The notes below the pieces were generated by a model, which was not told the DNA's origin, did not search any database, and worked only from the letters and a program-made list of their open reading frames with translations. The translations under genes were made by a program, and so were the position numbers. This document shows, piece by piece, positions 41,372-52,993 of a DNA stretch of 56,656 nt. How positions within the stretch are numbered: the first letter of the stretch is position 1; every line of letters starts with the position of its first letter. This DNA is from Methanotrichaceae archaeon (GTDB lineage Archaea > Halobacteriota > Methanosarcinia > Methanotrichales > Methanotrichaceae): the NCBI GenBank assembly GCA_963754945.1, contig CAVWIG010000038.1:1-56656 (forward strand), read 5' to 3'.

Positions 41372-43648
41372 CTAAGCAAGATCGTTGTACCTCTTCCTGT
41401 CCTTGAGCTCCTGCCTCTTGGCGCTGTTCCAGCCACTAACGGCCTGGAGGTATCCTGTGATTCTGCTTATGTGCTCCACGTCGTCGGAATCGCATGCAGG
41501 GCACTTATCCTTAAGCCCAGAGGATACCTTGTAGCATCCTAGGCAGACAGTCATGTCCTTGGTGAATGTGAAGTACCCAATCTGAGTGCTCTTCGCCAGT
41601 CTCATCCCGAAGTCCATCAGGCCCTGAGGATCGGGCGTGGCTTCTCCCATGAAGACGTGGAATATGTTTCCACCGTCGACTATCGGGAAGAAGACGTGCT
41701 CCAGCTTGGCCCTCTCAAATATGGATACGTCTGCGCTCGGCGGAAGGTGAGTGCCATTGGTGTAGTAGACGGGCAGGTCGCGGGTCTTGATGCTGTTGGC
41801 CTTTGCAGCTTTTAGGTCTCCTTTTACCACTCTCTCGGCGCAATCCCTGAACTCCTCGTGGAGTAAGTCGGAGACGGCAAATCGCTGGGCTGTTGTCTCT
41901 GCGGGCGTCCTGGCGAGGGCTATGGTCATTCCATGGTGCCCGGACAGCTTTTTGGCGTACATCTCCATCTCTGTCATGGCCCGAACCGCCAGCTTCCACG
42001 CCTCCTTGGACTCGTGCATCTGCTTGCCGGTATGGAACTGGACCATCTCGTTCACCCCGACAACGCCTATGGTGTAGACAAGGCTCTCCAGGTCCACGGC
42101 CACCGTTCCTTTCTCGTCCGTGCCAGGATCGCGGGGCTGCTGAGTGGCAAAGGGCATACGGTGATTCCTGATTATCTGATTCATCCACTCCCGCTTGACC
42201 TTGAAGACCTCTACGGAGGTGTCCATGAGTTCTCTGAGGTACTCAAAGAGTAGGTCGTCATCCCCTCTGGCCAGGTAGGCGGCCCTAGGGCAGTTCAGCG
42301 ACACCACCTGCCAGGAGCCCATGGAGAAGTGCTTTCCATCGATGAAGTGCAGCTTGTCTTCGAACTGGCTATCACTGTCGTAGGTAGCGGCAAACTGGTA
42401 CGCACAGCACTGGTAACACGATATTCCCTTGCCAGAACCCCGGTAGGCTGGAAGCTGGTTATCGAAATAGGGCGTGCCGTACTCTGCGGCCAGCTTGAAC
42501 GTTAGCAGGTACAGGTCATTATATGTAGGCAGATCGGGGTGTGCGGCGTTGAATTCATCATCTTCCGCCATGAAATCCGGCTCAATGCTAATCTCCGGCT
42601 TGGGGAAGTTGAAGGGCTTGCCCCAGTGGTCGCCGGCCAACATGACCTCCATCAGAGCCTTGAACGCCAGACGGACCTCTCTCTCGAACTGGCCGTAGGT
42701 GCGCTTGGTCGAGCCCTCGCTCTCACCGTTCCACACCTTGCCGGCGTAGACGGCCGGCTTGTCTCGCCAGAGAGTTGGCACTCCGGGCGTTAGCTGGACG
42801 GACGAGAACACGAGCTGCCCTCCTCTGGCTACCATCATCTGGGTCATCTCGTAGACGAACATCTGCATTAACTGCTTGATATTCTCGTACTCTAGGCCCT
42901 CAAAGTAGGGTGCAATGAACGTAAGGAAGTTGTAGAAGCCCTGGCCGCCTGCGAAGTTAGTTTGGGCGCTGCCCAGAGCCTTGACAGCGTGGAGGATGGC
43001 CACCTCTGGCTTCTTGGCAGGGCCTGCAACGCTTGCCTTGGTACCCAGTCCATCCGGCATCAGCCCGTAATAGAAGAAGTACCTCAGGTCCCAGTCCTGG
43101 CAGAATGGCCTTGTCCCGAAGTACTCAAGATCGTGGATGTGAAGGTCTCCGGCCAGGTGGTGATCGGCCAGATGAGGAGGAAGCAAGAGAAGGTATTGCT
43201 CCTTGCTGATCTTGTCCGCTTTCTTCTTGTGGCTTGTCTCGGCGTTCTCCTGCAGATTTGCATTTTCCTTGGCCTCGAAGCCTGTTCCGATGTCGATCAG
43301 GTGGGCGTCGTAGACAGGCGTGCCCACGCGGGTGCAGATGTTTCTCCACTCCGGATGGTGCCTTTCCAGAAGGATTACGTTCATTATTTCCCTTACAAGA
43401 GGGCCACTTAGGTAGTTCACATCCATCCATCTGATCCTGCGTTCCACCTCTCTGGCTACCTCGTTGGCTTCTTCCTCTGAGATGCCCGGTTTACCATAAA
43501 ATTTTTCTGATAGTTTTGTTTCCTTCAGGAGCTGCTTGGCTATCGAGTCCCTATTCCAATCAAGCAAATGGCCATCGGTAGTTCTAACCTTTGGCATCGT
43601 TGATACTAAGACTCCGGTCAACGTTAGCTGTTTATCTTTTCCATTCAA
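41372..43648 (-). CDS. nrdD: Anaerobic (class III) ribonucleoside-triphosphate reductase with ATP cone
   Basis: ATP-cone N-terminus; HIHDLEY, QTNFAGGQ, TPAET, YYTNGTH; zinc ribbon CLGC..CPAC; RITGYL glycyl-radical motif. Confidence 0.96.
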   Translation of the reverse strand: MNGKDKQLTLTGVLVSTMPKVRTTDGHLLDWNRDSIAKQLLKETKLSEKFYGKPGISEEEANEVAREVERRIRWMDVNYLSGPLVREIMNVILLERHHPEWRNICTRVGTPVYDAHLIDIGTGFEAKENANLQENAETSHKKKADKISKEQYLLLLPPHLADHHLAGDLHIHDLEYFGTRPFCQDWDLRYFFYYGLMPDGLGTKASVAGPAKKPEVAILHAVKALGSAQTNFAGGQGFYNFLTFIAPYFEGLEYENIKQLMQMFVYEMTQMMVARGGQLVFSSVQLTPGVPTLWRDKPAVYAGKVWNGESEGSTKRTYGQFEREVRLAFKALMEVMLAGDHWGKPFNFPKPEISIEPDFMAEDDEFNAAHPDLPTYNDLYLLTFKLAAEYGTPYFDNQLPAYRGSGKGISCYQCCAYQFAATYDSDSQFEDKLHFIDGKHFSMGSWQVVSLNCPRAAYLARGDDDLLFEYLRELMDTSVEVFKVKREWMNQIIRNHRMPFATQQPRDPGTDEKGTVAVDLESLVYTIGVVGVNEMVQFHTGKQMHESKEAWKLAVRAMTEMEMYAKKLSGHHGMTIALARTPAETTAQRFAVSDLLHEEFRDCAERVVKGDLKAAKANSIKTRDLPVYYTNGTHLPPSADVSIFERAKLEHVFFPIVDGGNIFHVFMGEATPDPQGLMDFGMRLAKSTQIGYFTFTKDMTVCLGCYKVSSGLKDKCPACDSDDVEHISRITGYLQAVSGWNSAKRQELKDRKRYNDLA

Positions 43649-44096
43649 AGCAGCCCACTCCTGAAGAAATGCATTATATTAATCCTCCAATCCAACGACC
43701 AATCTTAATTCCATTTCATGAACTCTGGAAAATATTTACTACATATAAGACGACAACCCAGTAATAAAGGATGCGCCTGTAGGGTGAATGTATTCAAATT
43801 CGTGATGCTAGCTTATAAATAAGATGGTACGATTGCGCGACGCTCGATGAATGTGGGATCATCTTCTAGTTTCATCTTATTTCTATTTCTTCACAGGGTG
43901 ATCTCGCAAAGCACTTAAGAAAGTTAACTCAGATATGTATATTTTAAAATTACCATATATTATATAAACAAGCCCATGTGGCTATCTATACTTTGGAGAA
44001 ACGCCGTCGCATGAGATCTGTTACGGCTAGATGGCATCCAGAGAAAAGTTGTCTTGCGAGACGCTGTAGTAACTAAATAATTATAAAGTGATAGTT

Positions 44097-44117
44097 GGGC
44101 TAAAAATGTTTTAGCCC
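44097..44117. terminator. Hairpin downstream of sod
   Basis: GGGCTAAAA-ATG-TTTTAGCCC. Confidence 0.35.
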
Positions 44118-44152
44118 GCATTCACAAAAATTTCTGTGGGCTGGAGCCCTTT

Positions 44153-44770
44153 CTACTTCTTCAGCAATATCTCCAGCCTTCTATCCACCTCGTCCCAGTT
44201 TACGATATTCCAGAAGGCCTCCACATACTTCGCCCTCTCGTTCTTGTAGTCCAGGTAGTATGCGTGCTCCCAGACGTCCAGGACCATTAGGATCTTTTCG
44301 TTGGGGGCGACGTTCACGTTATGCTTCTCGATCTGCATTATCAGGGGCCTGAGAGTCTGACCACACAGTCCAAGGACCGCCCAACCCGAGCCCTCGGTGC
44401 TGACGGCAGCCGTTGTGAACTCCTTTTTGAACCTCTCAAAGCTTCCGAACTCATTCTTCAGGGCATCGGCCAGGGTGCCTGCCAGCTCCTTGGTAGTCTT
44501 AGCCGCCGGAGCCATGTTCTTCCAGAAGAGGCCGTGCAGAGTGTGGCCGCCTACCTGGAAGGAGAGCTCCTTCAGGGTGGCCTTTATGTCCACGTCCGTG
44601 CCAGCCTGCCTGGCCTTGTCCAGCCTCTCAAGGATGGCGTTTGCACCGTTGACGTAGGCGGCGTGGTGCTTGTCGTGATGAATCTTCAACTGCGTCTCAG
44701 ATATATACGGCTCAAGAGCGTTGTAGGCGTAGGGCAAATCCGGTAGGGAGTAAAATTTCTTATCAGCCAA
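44153..44770 (-). CDS. sod: Fe/Mn superoxide dismutase
   Basis: [35 protein letters not shown]; TTG start after GAGGTGA RBS (the ORF track starts at 44779). Confidence 0.96.
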   Translation of the reverse strand: MADKKFYSLPDLPYAYNALEPYISETQLKIHHDKHHAAYVNGANAILERLDKARQAGTDVDIKATLKELSFQVGGHTLHGLFWKNMAPAAKTTKELAGTLADALKNEFGSFERFKKEFTTAAVSTEGSGWAVLGLCGQTLRPLIMQIEKHNVNVAPNEKILMVLDVWEHAYYLDYKNERAKYVEAFWNIVNWDEVDRRLEILLKK

Positions 44771-44931
44771 ATTTCTCACCTCTAAGAAAAACTAATACAA
44801 GGTTATCTAATGCAATCTATTTAGCTTTTTTTATGATGGATACGATTGTGCTGCCGCGAATGATGATGATAATAATACCGAATAACTGCGATGATTTTTC
44901 CTCGCCAAAAGATATTCAAGCCAGTCTGCGG

Positions 44932-45153
44932 TTATAAGCCAAAAAATTGTGAATCACCAACATCCGTCAAATCACGTTCTGTTAGCTTATAAAATACGTG
45001 CCCCCAGTTAGGGCCCACTTCGAATGTAAGGCTATTGTTCTCGATTTGCGGTTGCCAACTGCCGTTGTATCCGCTGAGCAGATCAGTCCATAGCCCATTT
45101 TCCGGGAAACCCACCGTTACCTGCTGGAGGGAGTCGGAGAAGTTGAGAACTAT
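44932..45153 (-). pseudogene. C-terminal remnant of a GH13 / glucan branching enzyme-like gene
   Basis: IVLNFSDSLQQVTVGFPENGLWTDLLS..VGPNWGHVF resembles the GH13 C-terminal beta domain; no upstream part present. Confidence 0.5.
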
Positions 45154-45305
45154 GCGATGAGGCTAGACTTGCCGCAATAAGGCGATCGAAATTGTTATGT
45201 TGTCTAGGTAGGCTTCTCCATAAGTTAGCGCTGAGTTGTGGCAAGGAGTTCTCTTGCTAGGGCAATATCGGAGGAGGTAAAATTAAATTAGATGATAGTA
45301 ATACA

Positions 45306-45806
45306 ATGACAACTATGGACTATAGGCTTGAACCCGTCTCTGTCGAGGACGGCGATCAAATAATCAATATCTTCAACTACTACGTGGCGAACAGTTTTGC
45401 CGCCTATCCTGAGAACAAGGTTCCCAACGAGTTCTTCCAATCCTTCTTGAATTTGACCCAGGGCTATCCTTTCCTCGTAGCCAAAGATATGCGCGGCAAA
45501 GTCGTCGGCTTTGGATGTCTGCGCCCTTACAGCCCATTTCCAACTTTTTCCGGGGCGGCGGAGATCACCAATTTCATCTCTCCAGAGCACACCGGAATAG
45601 GAATCGGCCAACAAATTCTGGACAGCCTCCTGGACCAGGCCAGGTGTATGGGAATTGTCACCATCCTGGCCAGTATATCCTCTCTCAACCCGGCCAGCCT
45701 GGGCTTCCACAAGAAGAACGGATTTGTGGAGTGCGGACGTTTTGTAGGGATCGGGCGAAATATGGGGCAGACGTTCGACGTGGTCTGGATGCATAGGACT
45801 GTATGA
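45306..45806 (+). CDS. GNAT N-acetyltransferase (phosphinothricin acetyltransferase/YncA-like)
   Basis: IINIFNYYV, PEHTGIGIG, NPASLGFHKKNGFVECG..FDVVWM. Confidence 0.92.
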   Translation: MTTMDYRLEPVSVEDGDQIINIFNYYVANSFAAYPENKVPNEFFQSFLNLTQGYPFLVAKDMRGKVVGFGCLRPYSPFPTFSGAAEITNFISPEHTGIGIGQQILDSLLDQARCMGIVTILASISSLNPASLGFHKKNGFVECGRFVGIGRNMGQTFDVVWMHRTV

Positions 45807-45958
45807 TATCCGCCAGACCGCGAGGAGTATATTGGCGCAAAAGATGCTTACGGGTCTGATCGATGAACTCTGCTGGATTGAATCGGGCTGTAACCAACTA
45901 CGCCAATTTTGGTTTCCGTATTTTAAGTCAAAGAAATTATATAAAAAATTAATAAAAT

Positions 45959-46417
45959 TTACTCTATCTTCACACTGGTTGGATTTATCACCACTAACTT
46001 TGGCAGGCGAACCTCCAGTATACCGTTCTCGTAAGAGGCTTTGACCTGCTCGGGCTTGATCTCAGCTGGTAGCTTCAGATCTCTCTTGAACCCTAACGGG
46101 CTGGTTTCGCGTCTCAGGTACTTGCCCTCCACGGGAGTCGCTCTGGCATCCACAGAGATGCTGTCCTCGGTTACCCGCAGGTCTATCTTCTCTTTGGACA
46201 CTCCTGGAAGAGCCACCCTGACTATGATCTCCTGGTTTGTTTCGATGAGATCGACTGCGGGAAGGTCGTAGCCCTTTGCTTCGGCCATGTCTCCCGTCAT
46301 CTCGCTCAGTATCCTTTTGGCTGCTCGGCTGGCCTGTCCTGACATCCTGGCAGCCTCAACAACAGCCTTCCCGACCTTCCGCTCGACATCGCTTGGACCT
46401 TGAGATTCAGAATTCAT
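45959..46417 (-). CDS. Small heat-shock protein (Hsp20/alpha-crystallin)
   Basis: PAVDLIET..ALPGVSKEKI..LPAEIKPEQVKASYENGILEVRLPK; start placed at MNSESQ. Confidence 0.92.
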   Translation of the reverse strand: MNSESQGPSDVERKVGKAVVEAARMSGQASRAAKRILSEMTGDMAEAKGYDLPAVDLIETNQEIIVRVALPGVSKEKIDLRVTEDSISVDARATPVEGKYLRRETSPLGFKRDLKLPAEIKPEQVKASYENGILEVRLPKLVVINPTSVKIE

Positions 46418-46576
46418 AGTTGTATACAAGGCGCCTTTCTGATAAAGATTTTTCGTCACGGCCGTTATCACAACTTATCAAATTGATTATGTAGGGCGTT
46501 TTCGTGGCAGGCTGAAGTCCTGGCTAAGTTCGCTCGACTCCAGGGCTACAAAGAGTCTATTGGAAAACGATCGGGG

Positions 46577-47253
46577 CTACCAAATGAAAGGCTCCAAGCG
46601 ATATTTTACCTTTTTTTGGTATTCCAAATAGCCGACAAGGTTCTTCGCGAGGAATTTTTCTTCATCCAGCAACCGCCAAACAACCGCTGCCACCATCGGA
46701 ACCACCGCGAGCAACCCCCAACACGAACCCAGCGCCAACGGCACGCCGAGAAGCATGACAAAGGCACCAGCATACATGGGATGGCGCACGATCGCGTATG
46801 GCCCGGTAGAGATTACCTTTTGTGCCGCGCCAACTTCAATGGTCGCCGAGGTATAGCTGTTCTCTTTGAACACCAAAAAAACGGCAAACAGCCCAAGGAC
46901 AACCAAGACATCTCCGGCGGCAACCGCGTAAATCGGGACCACCGACCACCCAAAACGATGATCTAGCGCTGAAACTATGAACAACGCGATAAACGCCAGC
47001 GACGCCAGTGATTGGATAACCTTTTGGCGTTTTTCCTTTTCGGCGCCCGGGCCGGCGTTAATTCGCGTTCTAAAAGCTCGGGATCGTTTTTCATCAAGTA
47101 AACGGTGATCACCAGTGTCGTCACAAAAAACACGCACAGAAAAACCCACGCCTGCCAATAATCGATGGCTCCTGTCGAAATGAACAACAGCGCCGCCAGA
47201 GCGGAGGTGAGAAAAATGAGCCCACCAAACGATTTTTTGTTCAGATCGTTCAC
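46577..47253 (-). pseudogene. Isoprenylcysteine carboxylmethyltransferase-family membrane protein with one frameshift near 47066
   Basis: YWQAWVFL..KNDPELLER then, in another frame, RINAGPGAEKE..ENSYTS..QKVISTGPYAIVRHPMY..EEKFL..GYLEY. Confidence 0.85.
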
Positions 47254-47437
47254 GACTGATGATAGTACTTCGTCTGATTAAAAATCTATCTTTTTATCGA
47301 ATTAAGAGGGCAATGCAGTCGTAAAGAAATCTAAATCGCCTGACGCTACCACCTCAAGGAAAAAGGTCGGCAATTGGCGAACCTGGCTAAGACCTTCAAA
47401 AAGATACGTAAATAGTGGGGGGGCCGACTAAACCTAG

Positions 47438-48718
47438 TCACGCCCTGGCCTGGAAGCGGCCATAGCCCGGCCGAACCTCGAGGTCTCCGTCAAAGACCAC
47501 AGTCCCTCGAACTAGAGTTGCTTTGGGGAATATGGCCGCTCTTCCCTCGTAGGGCGTCCATTCCGCCCTGCTGTGAAGTCGATCTGCGTTTATCCTGGTT
47601 ATTGCCTTAGTGTCCACCAGCACCAGGTCTGCGTCTTTTCCCGGCGCGATCTGGCCTTTAGACTGCAATCCGAAGATCTCGGCAGGCCTTGCCGCCATGG
47701 CGGACACAAGCCGGTCAAGGGTTAGGAGATTGGACCGGACGGCCATGAGCATCAATGGCAGCATGGTCTCTACGCCTGGGACCCCAGCAGGAGCCTCCCA
47801 GATTCCCTGTTTCTTCTCCTCTGGCAGGTGGGGTGCATGGTCGGAGGCAACTATGTCGATGGATCCGTCCCTCAGGCCGGCCCATAGTGCCTCGTTGTCG
47901 GATGGGTCGCGCAGTGGCGGGTTCATCTTAAGAAAAGACCCTTGTTTGCGGTAGTCGTTCCTGTTGAAGAGCAGGTGGTGAGGGCAAACCTCGCAGCTAA
48001 CTTTCTTCCCAGCCTTCCTGGCACCTTTTACCAGATCCAGCCCTTGGAAGGTGCTGAGGTGACAGATGTGGGCTCTTTGGACCTTGGACAGTACTTTTTC
48101 CACCGCGGTGGCCTCAGCCATCTTGGGCCTAGCTGTGGAGTAGACCTCGGGATCGACTTCTGCCTGAAGCTTTTCGGTTTCTTCTTTGATGATCTGGCCA
48201 TCCTCAGCATGGACGGTTGGAAGGGCCCTGGCTTCCTCCACCTCCTTCAGCAGCTTCTCAAGCTGAGTATCGGTATGCTCGTAGGTGAAGATCTCGCCGA
48301 TGGCTGCCACGCCCAGCTTGACAAGCCCTTTGATCTTTCCGGGCCCCCCATTTATGCAGAAGTCTACCACAGAATGGTTCTTGGCCCGATCGAGCTTCAG
48401 CTCGAAGGATCGTGCGTCAAGGGTCCTGGGATCGGTGTTGGGCTGGTCGACGACTGTGGTTACGCCCCCCGCGGCCGCTGAGAGGGGGCCGCTCTCCCAG
48501 TCTTCCTTGTAGGTGGGTCCTGGGTCTCTGAAGTGGACGTGAGCGTCGATGACACCGGGCAGAACCAGCATGCTGCTGGCATCTATCTCCTCGTCCGCCC
48601 TATGGGGTCCTCCCAGAGCTGCCACCTTCCCATCCGTTATCCAGATGTCGAAGTCTTTTAGACCCCGGGGCGTGTACACGCGCCCGTTCTTCACCACCAG
48701 GTCAAAGTTTATACCCAA
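47438..48718 (-). CDS. pyrC: Dihydroorotase
   Basis: PGVIDAHVHFRDPG, HAED, HICHLST, EVCPHHL, KMNPPLR, ASDHAPH. Confidence 0.93.
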   Translation of the reverse strand: MGINFDLVVKNGRVYTPRGLKDFDIWITDGKVAALGGPHRADEEIDASSMLVLPGVIDAHVHFRDPGPTYKEDWESGPLSAAAGGVTTVVDQPNTDPRTLDARSFELKLDRAKNHSVVDFCINGGPGKIKGLVKLGVAAIGEIFTYEHTDTQLEKLLKEVEEARALPTVHAEDGQIIKEETEKLQAEVDPEVYSTARPKMAEATAVEKVLSKVQRAHICHLSTFQGLDLVKGARKAGKKVSCEVCPHHLLFNRNDYRKQGSFLKMNPPLRDPSDNEALWAGLRDGSIDIVASDHAPHLPEEKKQGIWEAPAGVPGVETMLPLMLMAVRSNLLTLDRLVSAMAARPAEIFGLQSKGQIAPGKDADLVLVDTKAITRINADRLHSRAEWTPYEGRAAIFPKATLVRGTVVFDGDLEVRPGYGRFQARA

Positions 48719-49193
48719 ACCTCCTCAGCAAAGCGCGCCTCTCCACGACCTTTTCCTTCGTCTCCACCCCTTTGGGCGAGAAGCCGTCGATGACGCCAAT
48801 TATGCCCCGCCCAAGCTCCGTCTCGGCCACAACGACCTCCAGGGGATTGGCAGTAGCGCAGAAGATGCCGCAGACCTCTTGAATTCCCTTTATGGAATTT
48901 AGAACGTTTATCGGAAAGGCACCCGTCATTAGCACCGCGAAAGTATGGCCGCATCCTAGAGCTAGAGAGTTCTGCTTTGCAGCCTCGATTAAGGCAGGAT
49001 CGTTTCCCTCCAGTCGGACCAGACAGTCGCCGCTGGCCTCGGAGAAGGCTATACCGAACTTAGCTGCCGGAGCCGTTCCTGTCATGGCCTCATAGATATC
49101 CTCGGCGGTCTTGATGAAATGGCTTTGGCCAAGGATCAGGTTCGAGCCCTCCGGGATGTTCATTCTTACGACTCTCAGATTCATGTCAACCAT
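48702..49193 (-). CDS. Adenosine-specific kinase family protein (DUF355)
   Basis: NLILGQSHFIKT, FSEASG, GHTF, FCATANP, GRGIIGVIDG. Confidence 0.88.
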   Translation of the reverse strand: MVDMNLRVVRMNIPEGSNLILGQSHFIKTAEDIYEAMTGTAPAAKFGIAFSEASGDCLVRLEGNDPALIEAAKQNSLALGCGHTFAVLMTGAFPINVLNSIKGIQEVCGIFCATANPLEVVVAETELGRGIIGVIDGFSPKGVETKEKVVERRALLRRFGYKL

Positions 49194-49283
49194 CGGAAGC
49201 GAAAAGGGCGGATGAAGACTTATATTTTGGCCCGACCGCTTGGAAAAAATTTTCGTGAAAATGTGGTACAGCCGGAAAATGAC

Positions 49284-49568
49284 CTACTTGCCCCTTAAAC
49301 CCTTCTTCGGTCCCTTAGCTCGCGTTCCTGCCTGCATGTTCTTTCTCATGATGACGATGGTGGCAAAGTAGTAAACTACCATGAATATGATCGTATTGTA
49401 CATCGACTCGCGGGCAGCCTCCAGCGGTTTCAGGCCCGCTACCAAAGAAGCGTACAGCTCATATACTACGAAGAGGATCAAACCCGCCACAACCGTCTGC
49501 TGGAAGGGGAGCATCTGCCTGAAACGAATCAACAGGTCACTTGGGTTCATCAAATCCATTCTCTGCAC
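49284..49568 (-). CDS. Small membrane protein, hypothetical
   Basis: Two hydrophobic segments and a basic C-terminal tail; lies in the same-strand gene string. Confidence 0.65.
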   Translation of the reverse strand: MQRMDLMNPSDLLIRFRQMLPFQQTVVAGLILFVVYELYASLVAGLKPLEAARESMYNTIIFMVVYYFATIVIMRKNMQAGTRAKGPKKGLRGK

Positions 49569-50427
49569 CTTCCTCGTATAGCCTCTTTCCGGTCCTGCTC
49601 ATGTACAGCCTGGTCCACCAGACATTGGCCAGAGGCGCAATCACCAACACGTTCACCACTGATACAAGGATTGACAGTGCTCCCTGCACGGCCTCAGCTC
49701 CGGCCGCCGAGGCGGTACTCACCACCATCTGCAGCCCAAGGGATATCGCGACTACGATTAGCCATAATATGAAGACATCGAACTTGTTGTAGTTGAAGAA
49801 ATTGATGCTGGCTTTGACGGCACCGATCGGACCCAGGACATCGACCACTAAGGCATATGGGACTGTGGCCAGCACCAGGGACATCACCAGCAGGTAAAGG
49901 ACAAGGAAGATGGCACCCAGAGCAACCAAGCCTATTGCATTGGGATGCGCCTGTATATTCTTCAACTCGCCGAAGGAAAGCGATAGGAATCCTGGCAGCA
50001 GGAAGATCAATCCGGCTAACATGATAAGGCCCATGAGGATCGATGCGACAAACATGTCCCGAAAGTGCCTCTTTCCGGCCGACCACATGACTTTAGTGCT
50101 GGTTTTTCCCTCCATTACAGCCTGTTCGGCCATAGCAATGCCTCCTGCGGTGAAGTAGGAGTTGACTAGGTAGATCACAAGGATGAACAGCAGGAATGCT
50201 GCGGCGAAGCCGGGCAGCTCAGAACCAAATCTGGAGATGAACTCTTCCGGAGATGTGATGGATTCTATGTTTTGCGTCGATCCAAAAATGACTGCCGCGA
50301 GCGCAACTAGGGGGACTATCGCCAGCAGTGAGAATACAATGGCCAGCAGGAAAGGAACACACAGGTTCAGGTTTCTTCTCCAGATGCCAAAACCCTCGCC
50401 GATTAGCTTTCCTATGTCCTCGTACAT
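49537..50427 (-). CDS. Multi-pass membrane protein, hypothetical
   Basis: About 6 TM segments; YFTAGGIAMA, PYALVVD..GAVKAS. Confidence 0.8.
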   Translation of the reverse strand: MYEDIGKLIGEGFGIWRRNLNLCVPFLLAIVFSLLAIVPLVALAAVIFGSTQNIESITSPEEFISRFGSELPGFAAAFLLFILVIYLVNSYFTAGGIAMAEQAVMEGKTSTKVMWSAGKRHFRDMFVASILMGLIMLAGLIFLLPGFLSLSFGELKNIQAHPNAIGLVALGAIFLVLYLLVMSLVLATVPYALVVDVLGPIGAVKASINFFNYNKFDVFILWLIVVAISLGLQMVVSTASAAGAEAVQGALSILVSVVNVLVIAPLANVWWTRLYMSRTGKRLYEEGAENGFDEPK

Positions 50428-50500
50428 CCGATGCTTATTTCCTCTCAGGCGTTAATAACTCTTCGGGCGTCTAATCGGTACATCTAAAGCCTTTCCGTGC

Positions 50501-51288
<788 letters not shown>

Positions 51289-51299
51289 GGGTGTTCTAG

Positions 51300-51470
51300 A
51301 TGACTAAAGGTACTCCATCAATGGGCAAGCGCCATAAGGGGTCGCACATAAGGTGTAGAAGGTGCGGCAGCATTTCGTTTAACTTCAAGAGAAAAATTTG
51401 CGTTTCTTGTGGTTTCGGCAAGACTCCGAGGATTAGAAGCTACAAGTGGATGAGAAAGGCCGACTATTAA
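51300..51470 (+). CDS. rpl37e: 50S ribosomal protein L37e (absent from the ORF track)
   Basis: [50 protein letters not shown]; conserved position after LSm. Confidence 0.96.
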   Translation: MTKGTPSMGKRHKGSHIRCRRCGSISFNFKRKICVSCGFGKTPRIRSYKWMRKADY

Positions 51471-51482
51471 GGGAGGCCGGGT

Positions 51483-52901
51483 TTGCACGACGCCTGCGGC
51501 GTAGTCGGAATATCCCTCAAAGACGAATACTGCAATGTAGCTACATCGATTTACTTTGCCCTTTTTGCTCTGCAGCACCGGGGGCAGGAGGCGGCCGGGA
51601 TCTCCGTCCACGACGGTCGGGCTACTCGTACCCACCGGGGTAGGGGATTGGTCTTCGAGGTCTTCGACGATGCCCAGATCTCTCTTCTGCGAGGATCTGT
51701 AGGCATAGGTCATGTGCGTTATCCGACAACCGGCGGAGCTTGCTTAGAGAACTGCCAGCCTTTCTTAGTTAAGTACAAAGATGGTGCCGTTGCTGTAGCT
51801 CACAACGGCAACCTGGTTAATTCCGCACAGCTCAGAGAGCAGCTGGAGCAGTCCGGAGATATATTTCACTCAACCTCGGACACCGAGGTGATCGCCCATC
51901 TGCTGGTTAGGGAGCTGCTTAAGAGCGACCTTCAGGAGGCGGTCAAGGCAGTCATGCGAAAGATCGTTGGCTCTTATTCTCTGGTGGTGCTGATAGGGGA
52001 CACGGTTCTTGCAATCCGCGACCCCCTGGGCATTAAACCCCTTTGCATAGGCCAGCTAGAGACGGGATTGGTAGTTGCCTCGGAGAGCGCTGCAATAGAT
52101 ACCCTCAACGGCACGCTGATAAGGGACGTTCGGCCCGGAGAGATGGTGGTCCTTCGTCAGGGCGAGATGAAGAGCTATCAGTTGACAAGGCTACACAACC
52201 CATCCCACTGCGTATTCGAGTACATCTATTTTGCTCGGCCGGACAGCATAATGGACGGCAAGCTGATCTACGATGTCCGGGTCAACATCGGAGCCCAGCT
52301 GGCAGAAGAGCACCCGGCTGATGCCGATACTGTGTCTCCAGTGCCCGACTCCGGCATTACCTTGGCCGTCGGCTACCATCAGCGATCTGGCATAAACTAC
52401 CTTGAGTGCCTGATGAAGAACAGGTACATCGGCCGGACCTTCATCATGCCCGACCAGACCATGAGGGAGACGGCCGTTCGACTGAAGATGAACCCCATTC
52501 GGCCGCACATCGAAGGACACGAGCTCGTCTTGGTGGACGACAGCATAGTTCGCGGCACCACAAGCAGAAGAATAGTGGATCTTGTCAGAAGAGCTGGAGC
52601 CAAAAAGGTTCACGTCAGGATAGGGAGCCCGCCCATCATCGCTCCTTGCTACCTGGGAATAGACATGGCCAGCAGGGAAGAGCTGATAGCAGCATACAAG
52701 ACCATCCCTGGTGTGGAGGCCGTGATCAACGCCGATTCTCTGGGTTACGTTAGCCACGAGGGACTGATCAAGGCCATTGGCCTACCTGAAGAACACCTGT
52801 GTATGGGCTGTCTCACCGGCGTCTACCCCCTGGAGATACCGGGCGAGAAGTGCATCATGGCCCAGACGAAGCTGACCGAGTATTTAGCCCAGCCATCATA
52901 A
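51483..52901 (+). CDS. purF: Amidophosphoribosyltransferase
   Basis: CGVVG, LQHRGQE, GHVRY, AHNGNL, SDTEV, CVFEYIYFARPDS, VDDSIVRGTT. Confidence 0.97.
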   Translation: MHDACGVVGISLKDEYCNVATSIYFALFALQHRGQEAAGISVHDGRATRTHRGRGLVFEVFDDAQISLLRGSVGIGHVRYPTTGGACLENCQPFLVKYKDGAVAVAHNGNLVNSAQLREQLEQSGDIFHSTSDTEVIAHLLVRELLKSDLQEAVKAVMRKIVGSYSLVVLIGDTVLAIRDPLGIKPLCIGQLETGLVVASESAAIDTLNGTLIRDVRPGEMVVLRQGEMKSYQLTRLHNPSHCVFEYIYFARPDSIMDGKLIYDVRVNIGAQLAEEHPADADTVSPVPDSGITLAVGYHQRSGINYLECLMKNRYIGRTFIMPDQTMRETAVRLKMNPIRPHIEGHELVLVDDSIVRGTTSRRIVDLVRRAGAKKVHVRIGSPPIIAPCYLGIDMASREELIAAYKTIPGVEAVINADSLGYVSHEGLIKAIGLPEEHLCMGCLTGVYPLEIPGEKCIMAQTKLTEYLAQPS

Positions 52902-52993
52902 GCATAGCTCTCATAAGCGTCTAATAGATACTTTATCGATATATTTCAAAAATTAATTTGATGTAATCTACATTCAAACAGTTCGATTGGTCC

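Noticed and set aside
43650-44090. Riboswitch or NrdR box upstream of nrdD
   Set aside because: AT-rich intergenic DNA with no convincing conserved structure or box seen
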